Of a stretch of DNA of 32,404 nt, positions 24,519-32,262 are shown piece by piece. How positions within the stretch are numbered: position 1 is the first letter of the stretch; each line of letters starts with the position of its first letter. The notes under the pieces were generated by a model, which worked only from the letters and a program-made list of their open reading frames with translations, had not been told where the DNA came from and ran no database searches. The DNA comes from Deltaproteobacteria bacterium (GTDB taxonomy: Bacteria; Desulfobacterota; DSM-4660; Desulfatiglandales; HGW-15). The DNA lies in NCBI GenBank assembly GCA_016929815.1, contig JAFGIC010000061.1, positions 1 to 32,404 on the forward strand, in the 5' to 3' direction. Made by a program: the position numbers and the translations under genes.

Positions 24519-27500
24519 TTATTTGTTTCGACGCCGACCCTGGCAGATTAAGACGGACAGAACAGTAAAAAATCCTGAAAGCGACAAAATTGCCTGCCAT
24601 GGCTGCAAATGCAATCCGGCTGTTGAAATAAAGCATAACCCGGACCTGCCGTCTGAATCTTTTTCCTCATCCGATTCATTCGTGATTGAGGTCCCGAATG
24701 TGAATATGGAGAAATGGCTGACCTCATATTCCACCAACATGTCTTCCGTATCCACACTGCTCGGTGAAAGGATCTCCCATTCCCCGGTCAGGCTGCTGTA
24801 TGTATATAATTTAAGATCATTCGGGTCGTCCAGGCCCAGGTTTGTCAGATATTCCTGCGTATAAGGAATCTTTATTGCAACAGGGACATCAAATTCCGTG
24901 CCTTCAGGCCCGAAATTCAAAATATTCCCCGCCACTGCCACCCCTGAAGGCAGGCTCGGGGTTCCTGTTGCTATTCCAATGGTGATATTAATATTGCTTG
25001 AAATAGCGCCTTTTGGAATTAAAAGGGTTACCCCCTTTATCCCACTTTCATCGTCATCCACCGTAATGTCATATGTCTCATTATCCCCTAGTGCCGCGAT
25101 GACCGAGGCGTATATAATCTCAGATTTTATAACATCTACATCATAGGCCGGCGCCTCAGCAGAGTATATAAAATTGAAGGTTGAGGTATAGGAGCTGTAA
25201 TTCTCTCCGTCATAGGCCTGCGCCCGCCAATAATAGGTCGCACCCTCAGACAATGTGGCCTGCACCTGATATTCGGTAATAAGCGTCCCTTCCTCGCTCG
25301 GACCGGCTTCAATCAGGTTGGCGAAATCAGCCTCCCCGCCATCCTCAGCGTATACCTCAAAGAAATAGGTCAGTGGATCTTTGTCCTCATCCGTTGAATT
25401 TTTTACGGACAGCACCACAGGATTTCCCGAATATACTGATCCCCCTGATACCGGATTATTCAATCTTGGCGGTGTGGGCGTAGAATTTGTAACAACAGTG
25501 AATGTCCATGGATCCGATTCTGTTTCCATGCCATTTTCGTCAATGGCCTTCACTGACCAGGTGTATTCGGTGTTGTTCTTAAGCCCGCTCACCTTCCATT
25601 CAAGGGATACAGTCTCATCAGAGGAGGTGCATTCACCGCCGCTGCATATCTCAAAGACATAGGATATTTCATCTCCGTCAGGGTCATCCGCACTGAACGT
25701 CTTCAGCGTCGGACCGGAAGTGCCCATGGTTGCACCGTCTTCTGGATATCGCAAGACCGGTTTTGCAGGGGCCTCGTTCTCGACATTAACCACAAAATAG
25801 GATGTCAACCAGCCGCTCTCATAAACGCCGTCCGATGACTTGACCCTCCAGTAATATGTCTCGTTTTCACTAAGCGCCGGAGTCTGCCATGAGGTCGTAT
25901 CGCCTGATCCCTCGCCTACATCTGCTTCACCCAACGGACCTGCACCCGTGCTGTTAAAGTTGCTGGAGGCGTCGATCTGGAATATATAGGTTAGTTCGTC
26001 GCTGTCCGCATCCGTGGAATTATTTACGACAAGGAGTGGAGTCAGGGTTGTCACCTCCCCGCCTGATTCAGGGCTGGAAAATGTCGGCATGGTTGGCGCG
26101 TTTGTCGTAGTGTTCACTGTAAACTTATAGGGGCCTATCCATTCACTTGCAACCCCGTGTTCATCCAAGGCCCTGGCACGCCACCAGTAGGATGTGTCCT
26201 CAGTAAGATCGCTCCCAAGGGTCCATGATGTTGCACCGTCGTTGTCCTCTTCAGCAGATCCCGTATCAACTGGGGATCCGCCGGGATTATTATTGTCCGT
26301 AAACTGGAAGTCATATACCTCAAACTCATAGATAATATCATCCCCATCGGGATCATTACTGTTTGTAACCTCCAGGATTGGTGACAGATCACTTACGGAA
26401 GAATTATTTGAAGGTGAACTTAAACCAGGCTGGCAAGGGGCTTCATTCTCCTGGTTCATGAAAAAGCTGGCCGTATTCGACCACTCGCTTTCAGCAATAT
26501 CATAGGCCCTGGCCCGCCAGTAATAGGTTGCGTTTTCCAAGAGTGTTAATTCGGGATATGTCTCGCTTATATCCCATGAGGTAATAGATTCACCTTCAGG
26601 GAGGTCGTAGGCAACTGCCAGAGGATCCGAGAATGTCTCTTCACCGTCAAGCTCAAAGTCATAGTTCAGGGTTAATCCCCCCGCGGAAGTGGAATTATTT
26701 ACAGAAAGCACCGGCGGGTTTTCGGTCTCCTCGCTTCCATCAGCCGGGGAATTTACACTCGGGGGGGCGGGAGGTGTGAGCTGGATTGTAAATGTCGCCG
26801 TTTCCGAGTCCGCAGCCCCGTCCGGGTCTTCCGCGGTAAATGTAATATCTTCCGCTCCGTACCACACATCATCCGACGATGTTATTGTAACAACATGATC
26901 CCCGTCAATGGATATGGTCATGGCGATATTCCCGCCAAATGTCCACGTCAGTTCCGAATCCCCATGATCTGAGTCGGAGACATAATCATCCAGGTCAAAA
27001 CTTACAAATGAATTGCCGATGTTTATTGTCTGGCCGTTTATTTCCGATATGACAGGCGCGTGGTTTACATGAACAACTACAAGGTCAAAGGCAGGCAGGG
27101 ATGCTGTCGCAAGACCATCGGTAACGCTTATGACAATGCCCGTTGTTGTGCCGATATCCGACACCCCTGGCGTGCCGGCAAGGGTGCATGTTGTGGTGGT
27201 GGTGGTAAAGGTAAGCCATGCAGGTTTGTTCTCAATGGAAAAGATCAGTTCGTCTCCGTCTGCGTCGCTCGCCGTGGCCGTAAAATTATAATCGGCGTCT
27301 TCATCTGCGCTTGTTAAGGGCGTGCCGCTGATCTGTGGGGCATTATTAGAGGCTTTGACCATCAAATCAAAGGGGGCAAGAGAGGCTATAACCGTTCCGT
27401 CGGTCACGCTTATGACTACGCCGGTTGTTGTTCCTATATCGGAGATTGAAGGCGTTCCGCTCAATTCGCCCGTGTCTTCATTGAATTCAGCCCAGGATGG

Positions 27501-28868
27501 TTTATTTGTTATGCTGAAGGTCAGGGTGTCGCCGATATCAACATCGCTCGCCGTCGGGGTGAAACTGTATTCCTCATCCTGTACAGCTATTGTCCCTGGC
27601 ATGCCGCTTATCGTCGGAGCATCATTTACATTTACAACGTTCAGATTAAAGGCTGGCAATGACACTGGGCTTGAATTGCCGTCCGTAACGCTAATGACTA
27701 TCCCCGTGGTTATTCCGACGTTTGTGTTGCTTGGCGTTCCGCTCAATTCGCATGTGTTTTCATTGAATTCAGCCCAGGATGGTTTATTTGTTATGCTGAA
27801 GGTCAGTTTATCTCCGACATCAATATCGCTCGCTATAGGTATGAAGCTGTAGGCCGAGTCCTCGTTCACGCTCGTATCCGGGCTCCCGCTGATTGTCGGT
27901 AAATCGTTTACATTGGCAACCGTAATGCTGAAAGCAGGCAATGAAACGGGATCTGAATTTTCATCCGTAACGCTAATGACAATTCCCGTAGTTGTTCCAA
28001 CGTGCGAATTTGAAGGTGTACCGCTCAATTCACCTGTTTCATTATTAAAATTCGCCCAGGCCGGCCTATTTGTTATGCTGAAAGTCAGGGGGTCGCCATC
28101 AATATCATTGCTCGTTGGAGTGAAGCTGTAGGCAGAATCCTCGTTAACGCTTGTTGCGGGGGCGCCGCTTATGGTAGGGGCATGATTCACCGTTATTGGG
28201 GGGTTGAGTACTGTGCTCCCATCCGAATAAACCCTGATAATACAGGTATAATCGGTATCGGTATCCGGCCCTTTGTCCAATGTGACGCCGGTATAATGAT
28301 AGAGATACATGTCCACATATCCGTCGGTTACAAGGGCACCAAGATCAGCCTCACCGAAACTTGTATCCGTGTTGTTAAAACCGGAATAATAGCCCGGGGC
28401 GGTTGAATTTGAATTCATTCGCTCATCATAGGAATTTGTGCCGCTTGTGGCTGCTGCGCCGATAAACAGTCCATCGTCAGTACCATCTGTGTTAAAGTAG
28501 GTGTAGAGGCTTGTTGCAGCGCTCTGGAAAGGTGTATAACCTGCAGTGCTTATACCCGAAATGGTATCTTTTGTGGTCGCAAACCATATATTATAGGTGC
28601 TGTTATCGCCGGCAAAAAAGGCCAGGCTCAGATCTTCCCATGTGCTTATTGTAACAAACTGACTTAAACTGACTGACCCTGCATCCGAAATAACCTGGTT
28701 TGAAGCAGTAAAATCGATTCCGGAAATATCGCCCAGATTGATGGCGACTTCATTGTCATTCTCGTTATAAACGACCTGCACAAGGTCATTCCTGTCGAAA
28801 CAGAATGCCGGCAGAGCAAGTAATGTTATGCATACTGAAACCGTCAGGACATACAGAAAATTTTTCAT
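24519..28868 (-). CDS. 1449-aa modular surface adhesin: duplicated head domain, 4 He_PIG/cadherin-like repeats, Ig-like domain, 5 FN3-like modules, ZU5-like domain, C-terminal TM anchor
   Basis: Signal peptide MKNFLYVLTVSVCITLLALPAFC. Repeats of type APTISG..VNEDSAYSF.P.A.D.D.GD.LTFSITNKPSWAEFN..TGELSGTPS...G.TTGIVISVTD. Modules end in ATYYWRARAYD-like motifs. ...VEYEVSHFSIFTFG. Tail GLCFISTAG...AILSLSGFFTVLSVLICQGRRRNK. Confidence 0.9.
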   Translation of the reverse strand: MKNFLYVLTVSVCITLLALPAFCFDRNDLVQVVYNENDNEVAINLGDISGIDFTASNQVISDAGSVSLSQFVTISTWEDLSLAFFAGDNSTYNIWFATTKDTISGISTAGYTPFQSAATSLYTYFNTDGTDDGLFIGAAATSGTNSYDERMNSNSTAPGYYSGFNNTDTSFGEADLGALVTDGYVDMYLYHYTGVTLDKGPDTDTDYTCIIRVYSDGSTVLNPPITVNHAPTISGAPATSVNEDSAYSFTPTSNDIDGDPLTFSITNRPAWANFNNETGELSGTPSNSHVGTTTGIVISVTDENSDPVSLPAFSITVANVNDLPTISGSPDTSVNEDSAYSFIPIASDIDVGDKLTFSITNKPSWAEFNENTCELSGTPSNTNVGITTGIVISVTDGNSSPVSLPAFNLNVVNVNDAPTISGMPGTIAVQDEEYSFTPTASDVDIGDTLTFSITNKPSWAEFNEDTGELSGTPSISDIGTTTGVVISVTDGTVIASLAPFDLMVKASNNAPQISGTPLTSADEDADYNFTATASDADGDELIFSIENKPAWLTFTTTTTTCTLAGTPGVSDIGTTTGIVISVTDGLATASLPAFDLVVVHVNHAPVISEINGQTINIGNSFVSFDLDDYVSDSDHGDSELTWTFGGNIAMTISIDGDHVVTITSSDDVWYGAEDITFTAEDPDGAADSETATFTIQLTPPAPPSVNSPADGSEETENPPVLSVNNSTSAGGLTLNYDFELDGEETFSDPLAVAYDLPEGESITSWDISETYPELTLLENATYYWRARAYDIAESEWSNTASFFMNQENEAPCQPGLSSPSNNSSVSDLSPILEVTNSNDPDGDDIIYEFEVYDFQFTDNNNPGGSPVDTGSAEEDNDGATSWTLGSDLTEDTSYWWRARALDEHGVASEWIGPYKFTVNTTTNAPTMPTFSSPESGGEVTTLTPLLVVNNSTDADSDELTYIFQIDASSNFNSTGAGPLGEADVGEGSGDTTSWQTPALSENETYYWRVKSSDGVYESGWLTSYFVVNVENEAPAKPVLRYPEDGATMGTSGPTLKTFSADDPDGDEISYVFEICSGGECTSSDETVSLEWKVSGLKNNTEYTWSVKAIDENGMETESDPWTFTVVTNSTPTPPRLNNPVSGGSVYSGNPVVLSVKNSTDEDKDPLTYFFEVYAEDGGEADFANLIEAGPSEEGTLITEYQVQATLSEGATYYWRAQAYDGENYSSYTSTFNFIYSAEAPAYDVDVIKSEIIYASVIAALGDNETYDITVDDDESGIKGVTLLIPKGAISSNINITIGIATGTPSLPSGVAVAGNILNFGPEGTEFDVPVAIKIPYTQEYLTNLGLDDPNDLKLYTYSSLTGEWEILSPSSVDTEDMLVEYEVSHFSIFTFGTSITNESDEEKDSDGRSGLCFISTAGLHLQPWQAILSLSGFFTVLSVLICQGRRRNK
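27061..28190 (-). repeat. Four in-frame tandem coding repeats of ~282 bp (94 aa He_PIG/cadherin-like units) inside the adhesin gene
   Basis: Units begin VNHAPTISG / VNDLPTISG / VNDAPTISG / NNAPQISG. The DNA of units 2 and 3 is visibly near-identical over ~100 nt (e.g. 27455.. vs 27737.., offset 282). Confidence 0.9.
28200..28799 (-). repeat. Dispersed direct duplicate (copy 2) of the head-domain module
   Basis: See copy 1. The protein looks roughly 85% identical by eye over ~170 aa. It diverges after DMYLYHY. Confidence 0.9.
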
Positions 28869-28908
28869 ATTACTTCATGCTCCAATATTTTGATGTAACC
28901 ATTTACTA

Positions 28909-29127
28909 TTATTTGACCTTTAATTCTTTCAATATCTCTTCGAATTTCTCCACCCTGCCGATGCTTCCCTGGCTGAAATTGATCTTTACATAACCTGTGA
29001 AACCTGTATCTATCAGAGCTTCTATTTTATTTATAAGCATTTCAAACTTTTCGAGTTTGCCGGATTTTTCCCTTCTTATCCCTCTACTTGCTTCTCCATC
29101 TCCAAAACCGTTCAGGTTTGCCTTCAT
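28909..29127 (-). CDS. Small (72 aa) protein, DUF2292/YezD-like
   Basis: AGGAG lies 8-9 nt before the ATG at 29127. GYVKINFSQGSIGRVEKFEEI resembles the YGSVTI.V.DG.V.QIEKTEK core of YezD-type proteins as I recall it. Tightly placed between two genes on the same strand. Confidence 0.45.
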   Translation of the reverse strand: MKANLNGFGDGEASRGIRREKSGKLEKFEMLINKIEALIDTGFTGYVKINFSQGSIGRVEKFEEILKELKVK

Positions 29128-29166
29128 TACTGATGCTCCTTTTATAGGGGTCGTGATTATTCAAAA

Positions 29167-30150
29167 TCAATTGGCTGTTAAATTATCCAGGCGTTCCTGA
29201 TAAATTTCGAGCCAATAACTGGTGTGTGTTAGATAATCTTCGCTTTTTATGCTTGACCAGAGGTCATACTGCCTGTCCGCATATCCGCTTTCTATCTGCT
29301 TTTCAAGAGTATCGATCCTGTATCTTAGTTTTGTCTCTTCCCGTGACATACCCTCATAATACCATGAGGGCAGATCCTCTTCCTCAGCGAATGAACCCTC
29401 TTCCCCGTCGCTCTCGACATCGGCATTATCTTCGTTCTCCTCGTAATCGGCTATTGATTCTTCCGTTTGGTTCGCATCTGAAGAGGATTCATCATCATTG
29501 TCATCATAAGGATATTCATCATTACCCTCTTTATCCCCGTTATCTTCATTGCCGTCATCCCCGTTAGAGGCATTTCTATAACCGGATGCAATGTTGTTGC
29601 CTAGGTAATATTCAGAAGCCTCTTCCTGCTCTCCATCTTTAATGCCCTGTTTTGAAGAATCCGTACCGGACAAGGCCGGGCCTTTATTTATAACAGGTCC
29701 GGATTCTGTTCCTGATACTTTGGCTGTTCTTTTGGTTCCGGAGGATGAAGGCGCGCCGGACGCTCCTTTTATGCCCGCAGCTCGCGAATGTCCTGAGCTT
29801 CCCATTGACAATGGCTCGTACCAGTGGACCCCGCTTCCCAATTTATTTTCGCTGAATACAATAGCGAAATTGCAGTCTCTTAATATTGAACTCAGGCCTT
29901 TCTCGAGAGATTTCCCGGTAAAATTAGCAGTTATAGAGCCTTCTTTCGCGCCGAAGACATATATCTCCACACCGGTCTTCTCAGATATTATTTTAAGGAA
30001 CTCCTTTAATGAGGCATTCCGGATGTTCACGCTTAAAAGGCCGTCTTTGTACTGCACACCGTCCTGTGCGATTGAGGCATTCCCTGCATCATGCTTTAAA
30101 ATACACAGCATGATAATAAAGATAAAAATTAATGTCTTAGTTCTTTTCAT
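29167..30150 (-). CDS. Secreted protein: N-terminal STN/FecR-C-like beta-alpha module, G/S/A linker, strongly acidic D/E/N-rich region, helical C-terminus
   Basis: GAGGA lies 5 nt before the ATG at 30150 (MKRTKTLIFIFIIMLCILK...). LLSVNIRNASLKEFLKIISEKTGVEIYVFG...ITANFTGKSLEKGLSSIL resembles secretin/TonB short N-terminal (STN) type modules. Acidic stretch DDGNEDNGDKEGNDEYPYDDNDDESSSD...EENEDNADVESDGEE. Confidence 0.6.
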   Translation of the reverse strand: MKRTKTLIFIFIIMLCILKHDAGNASIAQDGVQYKDGLLSVNIRNASLKEFLKIISEKTGVEIYVFGAKEGSITANFTGKSLEKGLSSILRDCNFAIVFSENKLGSGVHWYEPLSMGSSGHSRAAGIKGASGAPSSSGTKRTAKVSGTESGPVINKGPALSGTDSSKQGIKDGEQEEASEYYLGNNIASGYRNASNGDDGNEDNGDKEGNDEYPYDDNDDESSSDANQTEESIADYEENEDNADVESDGEEGSFAEEEDLPSWYYEGMSREETKLRYRIDTLEKQIESGYADRQYDLWSSIKSEDYLTHTSYWLEIYQERLDNLTAN

Positions 30151-30183
30151 GGTTATCCTCATTTCATTAAATCAGCCATAAGA

Positions 30184-30903
30184 TTAACCGATAAACCGGC
30201 CCCTGATCTTAATCAGGATCTCCGGCTGTTCAGGATAATTCGTCTTTAATCGCAACTGTCCTGAAAAGACCCCTGAAAGTTCAGGCTTATTACTGAAATT
30301 CAATCTGTAGGCCCTTCCTCTTTCAATCTCTTCCATACTGAAGATCACATTGTCATCCAGAGTATAGTCAAGAGTCTCAATCTCAAGGGGTGTGTTCTCC
30401 TGCGCCTCAATTATAATAGACTCCGTTAAAACATCCCCGGGAGCTCCCTTGAATACAACGTATTCCTTTGACATCAGAATAGGCTGTTTGACTACGGCCT
30501 CCAGGTAAAGGAGGATCATCTCATTGTCGGGGTCATTGGTGAACACCCTGGCGGCCTTTTTTATCCTGCCCTTATAACCGCTGGTGTCCATTTTAAGGGT
30601 TATGTGGCCTTCTCGCCCCGGAGATATCTCACTGTCAAATTCCGAGGAAGTGCATCCGCAATCAGGTTTCACAGCGGTTATTTTCAATAGAGATGATCCA
30701 TTGTTTACAACAGTGAAGGTATGCTCTATTGGAGTTCCTTCCTTTATCGCACCGAAATCAAAGGATCTTTCAGCAATAATGACATCTGCCCCTTCCTTGC
30801 ACCTCGCTTCGTCTATGAAGAATAAAGTCAATGCAATTAATAGGGAAATGAAAAATCTGAATATTACTACTCCCGATTGACCGTAAAACCGCAACACCGC
30901 CAT
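30184..30903 (-). CDS. DUF1573-domain (Ig-like/ASH-type) membrane-anchored protein
   Basis: FDFGAIKEGTPIEHTFTVVNNGSSLLKITAVKPDCGCTSSEF is the classic DUF1573 signature (FDFG...N.G...L.I..V...CGCT). The track start at 30930 is TTG. The first ATG is at 30903, followed by a TM helix (VVIFRFFISLLIALTLFFI). Confidence 0.8.
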   Translation of the reverse strand: MAVLRFYGQSGVVIFRFFISLLIALTLFFIDEARCKEGADVIIAERSFDFGAIKEGTPIEHTFTVVNNGSSLLKITAVKPDCGCTSSEFDSEISPGREGHITLKMDTSGYKGRIKKAARVFTNDPDNEMILLYLEAVVKQPILMSKEYVVFKGAPGDVLTESIIIEAQENTPLEIETLDYTLDDNVIFSMEEIERGRAYRLNFSNKPELSGVFSGQLRLKTNYPEQPEILIKIRGRFIG

Positions 30904-31067
30904 GATCGTTCCACTCTTCTCCTGTTTCAATAAAACATGTCTTAATGTTTAATGATTCAATACTAAAATATTCTCATCCGTTTATTAATTTCTTATTAGA
31001 ATATTTTTATTTATTGCTTAAGATGAAAAAGAGAGTATCTGAATTATTGATCCCGCCTCCTATGAAT

Positions 31068-31694
31068 CTATTGACCGACACCTCCTCGGTCCGCCTCCTT
31101 CCTCTTTAAACCTATCAGCCCGAGCAGGCCTCCAGCCAGCATCCATATGGCAGCCGGGATCGGGACAGGAGTGAACTTCAGGTTGTCGAGATTCCAGTAC
31201 AGGGCGCCTGTATTAAAATTCAGTTCATCAAAAATAATACCGGAAAAGGCATACCGGAAATCGCTCTGGTACCAGTTCCCTGTTCTTCCTATCTTAATCA
31301 CATCAACCGTTTCTCCGTTGTTTTTTGCCTGAATCTTTATTGATGACGACCATGTCGGAAGGGTATAAAACTGAAAGGCTGCCGCGCTGACATCCTGATT
31401 GAAATAGATTGAACCGATAGGGCCGGTAAAAACCGAACCGTACAGTCCAGGCGTGCCAAGCATTGTGTACTTCGACCATTTCATAACTCCATCGCCGAAG
31501 TTTACGCCTGAATCCTCCCATTGATCCGTTACAATATCGCCGGTTTCAAGGCCCAGAAGATCCCCATCGTTAAAATCAATTGTTGCATCATAGGATAAAG
31601 TGTACGCAGAATTACCAATATTCATGCAGGCCATGCCGGGCGCCGCATAAGACATCGTGACCGCAAATAAACATAATAATATTATTCGATTCAT
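31068..31694 (-). CDS. Small secreted protein with PEP-CTERM-type sorting tail (VPIPAA variant)
   Basis: The ATG at 31694 (MNRIILLCLFAVTMSYAAPGMA) has AGGAG upstream. The track's longer start at 31769 lacks an RBS. C-terminus LDNLKFTPVPIPAAIWMLAGGLLGLIGLKRKEAD. Confidence 0.8.
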   Translation of the reverse strand: MNRIILLCLFAVTMSYAAPGMACMNIGNSAYTLSYDATIDFNDGDLLGLETGDIVTDQWEDSGVNFGDGVMKWSKYTMLGTPGLYGSVFTGPIGSIYFNQDVSAAAFQFYTLPTWSSSIKIQAKNNGETVDVIKIGRTGNWYQSDFRYAFSGIIFDELNFNTGALYWNLDNLKFTPVPIPAAIWMLAGGLLGLIGLKRKEADRGGVGQ

Positions 31695-31863
31695 ATTATC
31701 TCCTTTATTATTAATTATGTAATAGCTTTCAACATATGGAATAAAATTACATATGCAAACATCGATCATTCAGTAAAATCTCGTGGCACATTTGAAGACC
31801 TTTGACTTGCATCTATTCAGAAAGAGTATGAAGTGATGATAGGCAAGTTATAACCCAGAAGGA

Positions 31864-31939
31864 ATACCCGAACAGAAACTGAAAAGCGCGCTTGATTTTG
31901 GGCTTCATGTTAACCTGCACAAGGTTCAGCAAAGTACCC
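31864..31939 (-). promoter_or_regulatory. Leader element copy C (diverged), upstream of the 233-aa PEP-CTERM gene
   Basis: Minus strand: GGGTACTTTGCTGAACCTTGTGCAGGTTAACATGAAGCCCAAAATC...TTCGGGTATTCC. It shares the GGTACTTYGCTG box and GAAGCC, but the hairpin is different and weaker. Confidence 0.35.
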
Positions 31940-32152
31940 TATTTATTTTTAAAAAGTATATTTAATATGCTGTAAAAATCAATACATGCACGGTTATAAT
32001 ACTGTTATATTAATGTAAGGATTACATGAAGAAATATGACTTACGGGTATGGAATCTGAAATCCCTTAATAAATTCTTCAGGGAGTTTTTATAAACTTTT
32101 TATACTTGGATAATATTTATCTAACATTAGAACCCTATCCTTTTGGGCATAA

Positions 32153-32216
32153 GGTACTTTGCCGATCTTAACGGATACCGGAAAGCCTGAATTAAAACCC
32201 AGGTGTTTTATTAATT
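32153..32216 (+). promoter_or_regulatory. Leader element copy D (plus strand, pointing out of the window)
   Basis: GGTACTTTGCCGATCTTAACGGATACCGGAAAGCCTGAATTAAAACCCAGGTGTTTTATTAAT. Box, GAAAGCC, a short CCTG/CAGG hairpin, and the same GTTTTATTAAT tail as copy B. Confidence 0.35.
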
Positions 32217-32242
32217 GTCTCATAATTTACTTCACTGCCGTC

Positions 32243-32262
32243 ATTCCGGCGAAGGCCGGAAT
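32243..32262. repeat. REP-like palindrome ATTCCGGC-GAAG-GCCGGAAT
   Basis: Perfect 8-bp arms. It translates as the VIPAKAGIQ peptide, which I recall as a recurrent artefact of such palindromic repeats in many bacterial genomes. Confidence 0.7.

Noticed and set aside
250-31769. N-terminal extensions in the ORF track (250..1017, 1043..1771, 22230..23036, 30184..30930 begin at TTG; 18511..19866, 29167..30162, 31068..31769 begin at upstream ATGs).
   Set aside because: In each case an internal ATG with a better Shine-Dalgarno sequence yields a proper signal peptide or TM N-terminus and removes large overlaps. I trimmed the starts accordingly. The exbB GTG start was kept because no alternative exists.
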